DNA of 64,000 nucleotides from an uncultured Candidatus Bathyarchaeia archaeon. Lineage in GTDB: Archaea; Thermoproteota; Bathyarchaeia; 40CM-2-53-6. The notes under the pieces are model-generated. The model was not told the DNA's origin and did no database searches. It saw nothing but the letters and a program-made list of their open reading frames with translations. The stretch's first letter is position 1. Each line of letters begins with the position of its first letter. The translations under genes were made by a program, and so were the position numbers. Below are positions 39,771-49,926 of the stretch, in pieces. The stretch is taken from positions 4,629 through 68,628 of the forward strand of contig CAZRNA010000003.1 in NCBI GenBank assembly GCA_964601325.1, in the 5' to 3' direction.

Positions 39771-40709
39771 ATGTCGAATTATCCAGCTCGCAAGAGCGTA
39801 CTCATCGTGAACCCAAGATCAGCTAGCGGGACAACAGGAAGGAACTGGGCGAGAATCAATCAGGAGATCAGGCGCGGACTCAAGACCGATCTTGATGTCA
39901 GATTCACCGAACGACGAGGTCACGCGACCACGCTAGCGAGTGAAGCGATCAAGGAAGGTTACGATCGCGTGGTGGCGGTCGGAGGAGACGGAACAATCAA
40001 CGAAGTCATGAATGGCTTCTTCGAGAAAGGGAAACTCATCAACCCGAACGCCGCACTAGCAGTGATGTCGATCGGAACCGGCAGCGACTTCGTGAAGACA
40101 CTCGAATTTCCGACAACGCCGTTTGAGGCCGCGGAAAGGATACGACTAGGGAAAGCTTGGGCAATCGACTTGGGAAAATGCGCCTTCACGGGTCTCGACG
40201 GCGAGCAACAATCAAGGCTCTTCATCAATATTGCAGACTTCGGTTCAGGCGGAGCGATCGTCGACAAAGTCAACCGGACATCCAAGGTCTTCGGAGGGCA
40301 GATCTCATTCCTGTGGGGAATACTAACCACACTACCCACATACAAGAACAAGTTGACGAAGTATCGAGTCGACGATGGTCCAGAAGAGGAGAAAGTCCTC
40401 AACACGTTCATAGTCGCGAATGGCCGATACTACGGTGGGGGTCTCAAACCTGCCCCCAACGCGCAGCTAGATGACGGACTCCTTGACATCGTGTCGATAG
40501 GAGACGTAGGCTTCCTTGAAGCGATCTCCAGCCTAGGAAAGTTCAGGAAGGGGACCTACTTGGAAACCCCGAAAGTCACGTTCTCCAAGGGGAAGACCGT
40601 TGTTGCAAGCTCAGAGGAAACTCAGCTTGTCGAGATGGAGGGCGAAGTTGTCGGTCGCCTTCCTGCACGGTTCGAGATGCTCCCGAAGGCGATGAAGATC
40701 ATCGTCTAG
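39771..40709 (+). CDS. Diacylglycerol kinase family lipid kinase (YegS/BmrU)
   Basis: IVNPRS, GGDGTINEV, GTGSDF, NGRYYGGG, DDGLLD. Confidence 0.92.
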   Translation: MSNYPARKSVLIVNPRSASGTTGRNWARINQEIRRGLKTDLDVRFTERRGHATTLASEAIKEGYDRVVAVGGDGTINEVMNGFFEKGKLINPNAALAVMSIGTGSDFVKTLEFPTTPFEAAERIRLGKAWAIDLGKCAFTGLDGEQQSRLFINIADFGSGGAIVDKVNRTSKVFGGQISFLWGILTTLPTYKNKLTKYRVDDGPEEEKVLNTFIVANGRYYGGGLKPAPNAQLDDGLLDIVSIGDVGFLEAISSLGKFRKGTYLETPKVTFSKGKTVVASSEETQLVEMEGEVVGRLPARFEMLPKAMKIIV

Positions 40710-40761
40710 CGCTAAGCTCGACAACTATCTTGGCTAATGCGCTCAGTTTAGGCCGAGCTTT

Positions 40762-41500
40762 CTACACGATTGGCGGGCCGACTTTGAAGTGCTCCGCCTT
40801 CTTCAGGAGTTCCTGTGGAGCGTTGTACGATCCGATGTAGTGTGCGAATTTCTTCTTGATGAAATTGTCCCATAGGTCCCGGTCTAGGTAGAAGACTCTG
40901 GCTCCTCCAAGTTCAGTTTGGAACTCAGGATAGGCCTTCGATTTGTGGGCCCATTGTAGCCCGATAACCCGGAGCCCATTGTAGCTTTCGAAGCAGGCTT
41001 CCCACATGTCTGCGCCAAGATAATCGAACGCATACTCAGCTTTCGCATAATAGAGGGCTGGTCCTGCATCGGCACCTCTCATGAAGCTCATTGTGTGGAG
41101 GCTGTAGGCGACTTTCTCGTTGAACATTCGTGCGTTGGCTAAGCCCGCCAACTGTCCATCGATCATGCCAACGAGCGTATAGGCGTCCTTGATTCTATGG
41201 ACCTTCTGGGCAAGGACCTCGCCGTATGTTCGAACTCCCACTATGTCGTAGAAGTCCTTCGATGAACATGTACGGTTTGATGGCTTCCAGCAGCTGATCG
41301 AACTCATCCTCTCTGAGGGATCTGACTACCATCTGTTGGCCGCCTCTCAGAGTGACAACTTTGGGCTTCCACGGCTTCTCCTTCATAATTTGCATTTCGG
41401 GAACGCCGCATCTGAGAATTGGCTCCATGTCTTCGACCTTGAGCTTGTGCTCCGGGTAGGCCACTATCTCGGGCGGCGGATAGTAGGTTGAACTCATCAT
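40762..41500 (-). pseudogene. GNAT-like protein (DFYDIV family) split by a frameshift near 41260; paralog of 51467..52132
   Basis: Frame A ...AIKPYMFIE joins frame B KDFYDIVGVRTYGE...; collinear with the paralog's LLIVSRDFYDIVAAR; could be an assembly indel. Confidence 0.8.
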
Positions 41501-41619
41501 GAATACCTCGTCTCTGTCATTCGGGCTATCCTGGTATTGATAAGCGATTCTCCCAAGCCGCACCTGTTCTCGAAACCGCTGACCCAGAACTGATACTCAG
41601 TAAGTGCTCTCTGTAGATA

Positions 41620-42546
41620 CTATGCCAAGTCATGCAGACCGAGCGCGTCAGCGATGATTTCGGTCTCTTCTTTCTTGAGGGCGATATCCCGTATCAGGCT
41701 CAAAGCTAGAATTGCTCCTACTGCGATGTCGATCCCGGATGTGTGTCCTCTGGGCAGGAGTGTCTCTAGGGCGACTACTAGCGAATCTTGATCTCCGTTG
41801 GCGGCAGAGTCGATTAGGCGATGCAATTGCTCATCTAGGATCAGATGCTGCATGTAGTCCAGCAGCTTTGCGCTAATCCAACTCGTCTTCTCTTCGAGCA
41901 GTCTTGAGTCCATGAGAATTGGCGGGCGATCGATCGCTCTCACAAATGAATTGTATGTGGCGAGGAATCCGCCCAGCGCGTCGTCACCGGATGGAGTGAA
42001 TCCCGATCCCGCGCCGACAATTTTCAGGGCGGCATCGCGAAACGGTCTTTCTGTTCCGGGGCGTCGCAGAGGCATGGCTCCATCAGAAACGAACTCCACA
42101 ATCCCAGAGTGAGCTAGGGCGTGAGGATCCAGCACACTCTGACCCGTATCTACGATCCCAAGGACGAACGAAATGATGCGCAACGACGCGCCGATTCTCG
42201 TGAACCCGGGACTGAGTTTACTAACTGGCTGTACCCGGTCTTCGTAGAGAGATGCGGTGCTGAGTTCGATGATGGTGTCTATTCCTATGTGTATCTCTTT
42301 TCCTTGCATACTGAGAGGTTCCAGTGGCTTGACCAGGTGTTCCAAGTCAGGTGTCGCATCGAGGTTGATGGTAATGGGAGATCTTAGCGGACGATTTGTG
42401 AAGAACATGAGTTCATTTTTGCTGGTCTTCGCGTAGAACGAATTCGAGAAGGTGTTCACTACTTGTCCGGCGACTGTAGTATTCCCAGTCGAGAGCGCCC
42501 TGAGCGCGAGTGAGCCTATGCACTTGGCTCGCAGGGTAACTGGCAA
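41620..42546 (-). CDS. DUF2877 protein (YlbF/YahE; AllH-like)
   Basis: GAGSGFTPSGDDALGG, TSWISAKLL, GHTSGID. Confidence 0.88.
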   Translation of the reverse strand: MPVTLRAKCIGSLALRALSTGNTTVAGQVVNTFSNSFYAKTSKNELMFFTNRPLRSPITINLDATPDLEHLVKPLEPLSMQGKEIHIGIDTIIELSTASLYEDRVQPVSKLSPGFTRIGASLRIISFVLGIVDTGQSVLDPHALAHSGIVEFVSDGAMPLRRPGTERPFRDAALKIVGAGSGFTPSGDDALGGFLATYNSFVRAIDRPPILMDSRLLEEKTSWISAKLLDYMQHLILDEQLHRLIDSAANGDQDSLVVALETLLPRGHTSGIDIAVGAILALSLIRDIALKKEETEIIADALGLHDLA

Positions 42547-42555
42547 GCCTCGTCC

Positions 42556-43839
42556 TTAGATGCCGTACTTCTGCGCGTATGATTTGAGTGCTTGCTTGAA
42601 CATATCCAGCGGGAAGGAGACCATTCCAGCGCCGACTTGTCCGATTCCAGCTTCTTTGTGAGCTATCCCTGTATTGATTGTCGGTGTGATTCCAGTCCTG
42701 ACCACTTTGCGCAGGTCAACTCCGGTCGGTGTGCCTTGAAAGTCAAGGAACGGGATGATGAAGTACTTGTGTTTCGTGCATGTGATCTCGTACATTTTCT
42801 GTGTGTTCTCGACCGCATAGGCAACGGATCCACCGACCCATGATACGATTCCCGGTGCCGCAGCCATAGCAAATCCTCCATAGCCTGCGGTTTCAGTGAT
42901 CGCGCTGTCTCCCAAGTCCGGGTTTGCGTCCTTCTCGCTGTAGCCTGGGAACCAGACGCCTTTTGGCACGGGAGCTGGGGCTGTGAACCATTCGTTGCCG
43001 AGCCCGCTCACCCAGATTCCTGCGTCTGTTCCGTTCCTGGTAAGCACAGTCACGACCGTGCTGTACTTGATTCTGTGTGCGGCCAAGCTCATCGCCTTGC
43101 CGGCCGCCATTCCCAGATTGAGTAGTGTGAAATTGTTTTGAGCCATGAAGTTGAACGAGTCGATCAGTGTCTTCTTGTCGAGTCCGGTCTGCATCATGTA
43201 GGGGACGATCTCTCGGAGGAAGAGTGGGGTCGCAGCGTTGTAGCGGTTGTGGCAGTCATCACCCATCGTCAGCGCTTGGATGATGATTGGTTTCATTGCT
43301 ACGCCGTCTTTCTCTTTCTTGATCTCTTTGATCGTTGCCTCAAGTGTCGTGGCGAGCGTGTCGCGCATCCAAGTTAGCCTTTGAATGACTTCGCTTGAGT
43401 GGGCTCCGTATCTGAGGACCTTTCCGATCCCCTCATTCAGGTTCGAGTACGTGTCGTTGCCGTACTTGCGGTCGTGCACGACATAGACGGGCATATTGGG
43501 CGAGACGATCCCCGCCATGGGTCCGGCGGAATTGTGATGATGATTCGGAACGAAAGTGATCTGGCCGGACTTCGCCAGTTTTTCCGCCTCGGATCCGTCA
43601 CGTGCCCATCCCTCGTAGACTGCGGCTCCCATTACGGCCCCTTTCATCGGGCCAGCCATACGCTCCCACTCGATGGGCGATCCCGCGTGCAGGAGCATCT
43701 TCTCTTTCATGCCGGGAATGACTTTTCGAGCGAGCCCCATGTCCACCCAGACAGGGTCCGACTCCATCATTCTTTCAACGGCTTGCTGGTTGGCTTTGTC
43801 AATCTCGTCCTTGATTTGACCAGGATTCCGCGAAGTCAC
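42556..43839 (-). CDS. DUF1116 protein (YlbE/YahG; AllG-like)
   Basis: ANQQAVER, LLHAG, GPMAG, NEGIGKVLRYGA, MGDDCHNR, NPDLGDSAITE, INTGIAHK..G.GQVGAG; GTG start at 43839. Confidence 0.92.
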   Translation of the reverse strand: MTSRNPGQIKDEIDKANQQAVERMMESDPVWVDMGLARKVIPGMKEKMLLHAGSPIEWERMAGPMKGAVMGAAVYEGWARDGSEAEKLAKSGQITFVPNHHHNSAGPMAGIVSPNMPVYVVHDRKYGNDTYSNLNEGIGKVLRYGAHSSEVIQRLTWMRDTLATTLEATIKEIKKEKDGVAMKPIIIQALTMGDDCHNRYNAATPLFLREIVPYMMQTGLDKKTLIDSFNFMAQNNFTLLNLGMAAGKAMSLAAHRIKYSTVVTVLTRNGTDAGIWVSGLGNEWFTAPAPVPKGVWFPGYSEKDANPDLGDSAITETAGYGGFAMAAAPGIVSWVGGSVAYAVENTQKMYEITCTKHKYFIIPFLDFQGTPTGVDLRKVVRTGITPTINTGIAHKEAGIGQVGAGMVSFPLDMFKQALKSYAQKYGI

Positions 43840-43935
43840 GAAGTTTCGCCTGCTCGTTGAACCTTGACAAGAGTATAAGAGAATTCTGACAAGACTTAAC
43901 TTGCGCACACCGTTAGTGAGCAACGGCGCACCGGA

Positions 43936-45555
43936 TTGAGCAAAGTAAGCAACATCGTGAAGAAGAACTTCCACCGAGACTCAGTCCAACTTCTTCACCT
44001 CTCGGAAGAGGCGAAGAAGATTGACGGCATCAAGGACGCAGCGGTCGTCATGGGCACGACGACCAACAAGGAGATCCTACAGAAACTCAACCTTCTCACG
44101 GACGAGGGCAGAGCGGCCTCAGAAAGCGACATGATACTCGCCGTAATGGCCGACTCCCAATCTGCAATAGACGAAGGCATGAAACAGATTGAAGAAATGG
44201 TTCTCAAGCCGCCCGCGGCGAAGGGGCGCTCCTTCTACAGCGTCGACGCGGCCCTGCAAGCGGTCCCCGACGCGAATCTTGCCATCGTTTCGATTCCGGG
44301 AGAACATGCAAGGGAAATCGTCCTGAAGCTGCTCGACAAGGGGTTGAGCGTGCATCTGTTCAGCGATCACGTTCCGCCGGAACATGAGCTTGAGCTGAAG
44401 CAGTACGCGCGAGACCGAGGCCTGCTCGTTATGGGCCCTGGAGCCGGGACTTCAATCATCGGCGGCAAGGCGATCGCGTTTGCCAACGTTGTGAAGAAAG
44501 GAAAGATAGGCGTCGTGGCGGCTGCGGGGACTGGGCTGCAAGAGGTCACGGTCCTCTTGAGTGAGGCAGGGCTGGGAGTTTCCGAAGCACTGGGCACTGG
44601 CGGGGGAGATGTAAAGGCAAAGATTGGTGGAATAACAACACTCCAATCAATAGACGCGCTTGAGCGGGACCCTGCGACAAGCACAGTACTTGTGGTTTCG
44701 AAACCACCTGACGCTGATGTGAAGAAGAGGATACTCGATCATCTGGCTAGCAATACCAAGAAGCAGTATGTGACGTGCTTCGTAGGTCCCGAAAGCTACG
44801 TCGTCCCGGCAAACGCTCGTGCGCGTATCAAAGCTACGAAGACGTTGCACGCGGCTGTTATGGAAACTATCCGGGCGACTGAGCCTAGTCGTCATACCGA
44901 GATCAGCAAACATTTCTCGATGTCTCAAAACGAGCTTCTGGATCTCGTCAGCAAGATCTCCAAAGGGCTGAGTGAGAAACAGAAGTATGTCAGAGGACTC
45001 TACACGGGTGGCACGTTTGCCTACGAGACACTTGTGATACTTGGACGTATGATCGGCGATGTATACTCCAACGCCCCATTGGATCACAAGCTGGAGCTCG
45101 CCGACTCCTACCGTAGCACGAAGGATTCGATCGTCGACTTGGGCGAGGAGGAATTCACGGTTGGCAGAGCGCATCCAATGATAGACCCGGCGATCCGCAA
45201 GATGAGACTAGTCGACGAAGCAAAGGATCCGGAAGTCGCGGTAATCATCATGGACTTCATGCTCGGCTACGGTTCCCACTCTGACCCTGCTGGAGCCATG
45301 CTCAGCGCAGTCTCAGAAGCAAAGAAGATTGCAGAGAAGGACGGCAGAGCGCTGCCAATACTCGCGCACGTCTGCGGCACCGAGCAGGATCCGCAGCCTC
45401 TCTCAGAACAGGTCGCAAAACTGTGCAATGCTGGAATCGAGGTGTTCCCAACGAACGCACTCATGGCGATTGCGAGTGCACTGATATCAAGAAAAGGAAA
45501 GATTAGTGATTCAACAATGGAAGATGTGTACGGAACTTACCTCACAGGTTTCTAG
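43936..45555 (+). CDS. fdrA: FdrA/YahF acyl-CoA-synthetase-like protein (AllF-like)
   Basis: RDSVQL, ANLAIVSIPG, LFSD, MGPGAGT, SKPP, GLYTGGT, DLGEEEFTVGRAHPMID, LGYGSH.DPA. Confidence 0.9.
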   Translation: MSKVSNIVKKNFHRDSVQLLHLSEEAKKIDGIKDAAVVMGTTTNKEILQKLNLLTDEGRAASESDMILAVMADSQSAIDEGMKQIEEMVLKPPAAKGRSFYSVDAALQAVPDANLAIVSIPGEHAREIVLKLLDKGLSVHLFSDHVPPEHELELKQYARDRGLLVMGPGAGTSIIGGKAIAFANVVKKGKIGVVAAAGTGLQEVTVLLSEAGLGVSEALGTGGGDVKAKIGGITTLQSIDALERDPATSTVLVVSKPPDADVKKRILDHLASNTKKQYVTCFVGPESYVVPANARARIKATKTLHAAVMETIRATEPSRHTEISKHFSMSQNELLDLVSKISKGLSEKQKYVRGLYTGGTFAYETLVILGRMIGDVYSNAPLDHKLELADSYRSTKDSIVDLGEEEFTVGRAHPMIDPAIRKMRLVDEAKDPEVAVIIMDFMLGYGSHSDPAGAMLSAVSEAKKIAEKDGRALPILAHVCGTEQDPQPLSEQVAKLCNAGIEVFPTNALMAIASALISRKGKISDSTMEDVYGTYLTGF

Positions 45556-45564
45556 TTGGAGGGA

Positions 45565-45744
45565 ATGGACTTGGTCGACAATATTCTCAGGCTCTTCTCT
45601 TCGGAGCTCAAAGTCATCAACATTGGGCTTGAACTATTCAATGACGCTTTGAAGGCTCAAGGCGTCAACTCTGTTCAGGTCTCATGGCAGCCGGCTCCGA
45701 AGCTCGAGAAAGAGTATGAGGACATACTCTCTAAGATACTCTAA
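45565..45744 (+). CDS. Small FdrA C-terminal/YahG N-terminal module encoded separately
   Basis: LKVINIGLELFNDALKAQGV..VQVSWQP; GGAGG ribosome-binding site; in frame with fdrA after its TAG. Confidence 0.8.
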   Translation: MDLVDNILRLFSSELKVINIGLELFNDALKAQGVNSVQVSWQPAPKLEKEYEDILSKIL

Positions 45745-45885
45745 ATCCCACTCGAGCATTTCGCCTGGCGGGGGAGCTTTGAGGTCAACTAGTATTTCGT
45801 ATGCTCTTCAATGTCAAAAAAGCGTCATCGTTTGAGTGTAAAACTCCTATATACCGACAAGCAGGCACTCATGGACTGATTCGCC

Positions 45886-46011
45886 ATGTCCGATGAGAAA
45901 CCGCAAATCAAGGTGAACGTGATCAATCCAACTCACGCGATGTTGGTTCGCTCCGAATCAGGCTTGTCTCGCAGACTCAAGAATCTCCTTCGCAGAGACA
46001 CGGCTGTTTGA
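45886..46011 (+). CDS. Putative 41-aa peptide
   Basis: TATATA at about 45848; MSDEKPQIKVNVINPTHAMLVRSESGLSRRLKNLLRRDTAV. Confidence 0.3.
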   Translation: MSDEKPQIKVNVINPTHAMLVRSESGLSRRLKNLLRRDTAV

Positions 46012-46238
46012 GCCGCGGACATTGCACAGCGAGTTACAACTCGTGAAGCCCTAGCCTCAGGGCTTCTACTAATCGCCGCCTTTTCGCCTAGGAGCTGGCG
46101 GTCCTCACCGTCTTGTCCAAGTCTTCGCGTGAGCTCCTCTAGGAGGTCGCCAACATTCCTGGCTTTCTCAGGGATCTCTACCTCATCGGCCCCTGCGGCC
46201 ATCCTTAGTCGGCCGTGCAGCTTGACAAGAATCGACAT
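45933..46238 (-). pseudogene. MoaD/ThiS (SAMP)-like N-terminal half without a C-terminal Gly-Gly
   Basis: ILVKLHGRLRMAAGADEVEI...NVGDLLEEL resembles MoaD; the second half diverges. Confidence 0.55.
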
Positions 46239-46334
46239 TGCGACCCTGCCATTGTTGGCTCACCGCTCATATATACTTCTCACAGCTGCGATTGCGAAGG
46301 CATATGTGCAGCTTGACAGAACGCCGGAGCGTGG

Positions 46335-46904
46335 TCAAATCATTCCCAGAAGAGTCAGGATTCCTAGAACAATGAACACCAGAGCTGAAACCTTCTTGAC
46401 TTTGCCTGTCGGAAGTCGCTTGCCTACATGTCCGGCCAATACTATGCTTAAGCCGTCCACTAGCGCAAGCGCAAGCAATACGCCACAAAAAACCGCGATA
46501 GGTTGCGCAAAACGAGCCGCGAGAGTGATCGTGACCACCTGGGTTTTGTCACCCAGTTCTGTCAGGATTATCATGAGTGATGCAGCTTGGAAAGGCTTCC
46601 CTGAGCGCGTGGAGGGGGCATCGGTTCCAGTGTTCAATTTGAGCATGAGAATTCCTACCGCCACGAAGATCAGTCCTGAGATCAGAGTGAGTAAGGACAA
46701 GGGGATTATCGCAAGAAGTGCCTGACCGATCAGCACGCCCACGCCAGTGACGATGGCGAATCCAGTGATCATACCCAAGAAGATCGCTCTAGGCTTTTGG
46801 AGACTGGCACTTAACATGACAAGGCCAAGTTGGGTCTTGTCACCAAGCTCGGCAGCGGAAGTTGACAGCAAGGATATCGCGAAAGCCTCTGTCACCAAAT
46901 CCAT
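46335..46904 (-). CDS. TMEM165/GDT1 (UPF0016) Mn2+/Ca2+ transporter
   Basis: Two ELGDKTQ motifs. Confidence 0.95.
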   Translation of the reverse strand: MDLVTEAFAISLLSTSAAELGDKTQLGLVMLSASLQKPRAIFLGMITGFAIVTGVGVLIGQALLAIIPLSLLTLISGLIFVAVGILMLKLNTGTDAPSTRSGKPFQAASLMIILTELGDKTQVVTITLAARFAQPIAVFCGVLLALALVDGLSIVLAGHVGKRLPTGKVKKVSALVFIVLGILTLLGMI

Positions 46905-47046
46905 TGCCGGGTCTCCGGAGCTTTGAAGCGAACGCCCAATGTCGCTTAGTCTCTTAGGTATAGGCAGATCGGTCCAAGAAGGAAAGTATTCATCTACAAG
47001 CTACGCGGACTGGGCGGAAAGAATGATGATTACGAAGTAGTGAGCT

Positions 47047-49764
47047 ATGACGCAGAGACAGCACGCAAAGGATCACTCTGGTTCGAGGTTCCAGCGCGAG
47101 CAACCTTGGCATTCATTACGGGCTCACGATGTTGTCTCTCGTCTTGGCTCGAAAACGGAAGGGCTAGACGAAGAGGAGGCTGAGCTCAGGCTAAGTCGAT
47201 TCGGACATAACGAACTCGAACCTGAAAAGAAGCCTTCTTCCGCGGGCATCTTCCTTCGGCAATTCAAGAGCGTCCTTGTGATTATCCTACTTGCAGCCAC
47301 GCTGATATCACTGGCACTTGGCGAAACGGTAGATGCGGCAGTCATACTGGCCATAATTTTCGCCATATCTGTGTTGGGTTTCGTGCAGGAGTATCGAGCC
47401 GAGAAGGCGCTTGAGGCTCTCAAGCGGATGGCAGCTCTCACAGCCACCGTGGTGCGAGGAGGCGTGGAGAGTGAGATTCCTGCAAGAGAGCTCGTTCCTG
47501 GGGATGTCGTGGTTCTTTCAGTCGGTGATAAGATCCCTGCCGATATGCGACTCGTCGAAACGGTAAACCTCAGAATCGATGAAGCACCCTTGACAGGAGA
47601 GTCGGTATCTTCTGAGAAGGGAATTGATCCGGTCCCTCAAGACTCTCCGCTAGCTGACAGAACCTGCAATGCGTACGCAGGCACAGCGGTGTCCTACGGC
47701 AGAGGTAGAGGAGTCGTCTTCTCGACAGGTCAGGCAACCGAATTCGGCAAGATCGCCTCTATGATGCAGGCAGCCCCCAAAGTGAAGACTCCATTGGAGT
47801 TACGCATCGAGAGCGTCGGTCGAGTTCTTGGTGCCATCATGGTCGGAGCTTCGGTCTCGGTCATGGTGGTGGGACTGGCTAGGGGACAGCCTCTCTTGGA
47901 GATGTTCCTCTGGTCCGTGAGTCTTGCCGTTGCAGCTGTGCCGGAGGCATTGCCTGCAGTCGTAACAGGTGGATTGGCTATAGGCGTCCGGAGAATGGCG
48001 AAACGCAACGCGATCGTTAGGCGTCTTCCAGCTGTTGAAACTCTCGGATCAACCACGATCATCTGCTCAGACAAGACTGGCACGATGACCAAAGGCGAAA
48101 TGACTGTTCGTCGGATCTTCGTAGGCAAGGAGCTCTACGAAGTAACCGGCTCAGGATACGAGCCAAAGGGTGGGATACTCAAAGACGGAATTCCGGCTCT
48201 CAATGATGATCTGTCCCTGATAGCAAGAGTTGGCGCTCTTTGTAACGATGCTTCCATGACCGTTGCAAGCTTGACTAGGGTCGTAGGTGACCCCACCGAA
48301 ATTGCCCTACTCGTGATCGCAGCGAAGGCCGGAGAAAAAGTGGAGAGGTTGAAGCTTACTTATCCGAGAATATTCGAGGCTCCGTTCACTTCCGAACGCA
48401 AACGAATGACAACAGTGCACAATGCACCTGACGGTCAGCTTTTGTGTTGTATGAAGGGAGCGCTTGAGACAGTTCTACCGAGTTGTGAATCCGCGTACTT
48501 CGAAGGCAGATCTGTCCCGATGGACCAGGCCATGATTCGCCGAGTTCACGACATGGGCGAACAGATGGCAAGCGATGCGCTCCGTGTCCTCGCATTCGCG
48601 TTCAAGGCCATGTCGAATGTCAGAAGCGACTTCGAGAGGAACTCTGAGAGCGGGCTCGTGTTCCTGGGGTTGATGGGTATGATTGATCCGCCAAGAGAAG
48701 AGGTCAAAGAAGCAGTCCGAAAATGCGATACGGCGGGCATTAAGGTTGTGATGATAACTGGAGATCACAAGGCAACCGCTGAGGCAGTAGCGCGAGAACT
48801 TGGTCTCTTGAGTTCAAAAAGGAAGGTTCTCCTCGGCGCAGAGCTTGACAGACTTCGGGAAAATGAGTTTGAAAGAATAGTCGAGGATGTAGCAGTATAC
48901 GCCAGAGTCTCACCAGAACATAAGCTTCGGATAGTCACCGCGCTCAAGAAGAAAGGTCATATTGTTGCAATGACCGGCGATGGGGTCAACGATGCGCCCG
49001 CCCTAAAGAATGCAAACATCGGTATTGCCATGGGCATTACCGGAACCGACGTCACGAAGGAAGCCGCGGATATTGTACTGGCAGACGACAACTTCGCTTC
49101 GATCGTTGCAGCTGTGGAGGAAGGACGCGCGATTTACGATAACATACGGAAGTATCTTCTGTTCCTTCTCTCGGCCAACACTGGCGAGCTTCTGATCATG
49201 CTTTCAGCAGTCTTGTTCGGTTTTCCACTGCCGCTAGTGCCGGTTCAGATTCTCTATGTGAATCTTGCGACTGACGGCCTGCCTGCACTCGCTCTCGGCA
49301 TAGATCCTCCGGTGCAGGATTTGATGCGAAGACACCCGCGGAATCCTAAGCTCAGCGTATTTGCTGGTCTGAAGGGTTGGATTGCCGGAATTACATTACT
49401 GATGAGCTTGGTTATGATGTCTCTGTTTGCCTATGGCTTATCATCGAGGGGCCTCGTCGAGGCTCGATCTCTTATGTTCATGGCTATTATCGTGTTCGAG
49501 TTGGTATTCGCCTTCAGTTGTAGATCACAGAGCCAAACCATCTTCCGGCTCGGTGTTACCAGCAACAAGTATCTTGTAGCTGCAGTGCTTTCGCAACTTT
49601 GCCTGCTGCTCCTGATCATGTACGTTCCGAGTGTCGCACGTCTTTTCGAGGTTACGCCAATTGGCATCATAGACTGGTTGATAGTGGTAGCGGCCGGAAT
49701 ATCCGGATTCGTGCTAGCTGAAACATCCAAGGTCATCGCCGTGAGATTGCGGAGACGGCCTTGA
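47047..49764 (+). CDS. P-type (IIA-like, Ca2+/Mn2+) cation-transporting ATPase
   Basis: TGES, PEALP, DKTGT, MITGD, TGDGVNDAPAL, NLATDGLPA. Confidence 0.96.
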   Translation: MTQRQHAKDHSGSRFQREQPWHSLRAHDVVSRLGSKTEGLDEEEAELRLSRFGHNELEPEKKPSSAGIFLRQFKSVLVIILLAATLISLALGETVDAAVILAIIFAISVLGFVQEYRAEKALEALKRMAALTATVVRGGVESEIPARELVPGDVVVLSVGDKIPADMRLVETVNLRIDEAPLTGESVSSEKGIDPVPQDSPLADRTCNAYAGTAVSYGRGRGVVFSTGQATEFGKIASMMQAAPKVKTPLELRIESVGRVLGAIMVGASVSVMVVGLARGQPLLEMFLWSVSLAVAAVPEALPAVVTGGLAIGVRRMAKRNAIVRRLPAVETLGSTTIICSDKTGTMTKGEMTVRRIFVGKELYEVTGSGYEPKGGILKDGIPALNDDLSLIARVGALCNDASMTVASLTRVVGDPTEIALLVIAAKAGEKVERLKLTYPRIFEAPFTSERKRMTTVHNAPDGQLLCCMKGALETVLPSCESAYFEGRSVPMDQAMIRRVHDMGEQMASDALRVLAFAFKAMSNVRSDFERNSESGLVFLGLMGMIDPPREEVKEAVRKCDTAGIKVVMITGDHKATAEAVARELGLLSSKRKVLLGAELDRLRENEFERIVEDVAVYARVSPEHKLRIVTALKKKGHIVAMTGDGVNDAPALKNANIGIAMGITGTDVTKEAADIVLADDNFASIVAAVEEGRAIYDNIRKYLLFLLSANTGELLIMLSAVLFGFPLPLVPVQILYVNLATDGLPALALGIDPPVQDLMRRHPRNPKLSVFAGLKGWIAGITLLMSLVMMSLFAYGLSSRGLVEARSLMFMAIIVFELVFAFSCRSQSQTIFRLGVTSNKYLVAAVLSQLCLLLLIMYVPSVARLFEVTPIGIIDWLIVVAAGISGFVLAETSKVIAVRLRRRP

Positions 49765-49926
49765 CTGGTAGGCTCGCTCTCCTATCTGCTATCTATGTCA
49801 TGGCATTTGTGATCTAGGCCAGACTGGCACCTGCACGTTTGCAGGATTGATCAAGCATCGACGAGTCTATGTTCGATGCTCTGAGTCTACTTCATGATCG
49901 GTCCAAATGCGGTCGGCACTGTCTTG

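Noticed and set aside
43840..43974. N-terminal extension of the DUF1116 ORF overlapping fdrA
   Set aside because: Homology starts near GTG 43839 and the interval holds TATA-like elements for the divergent genes.
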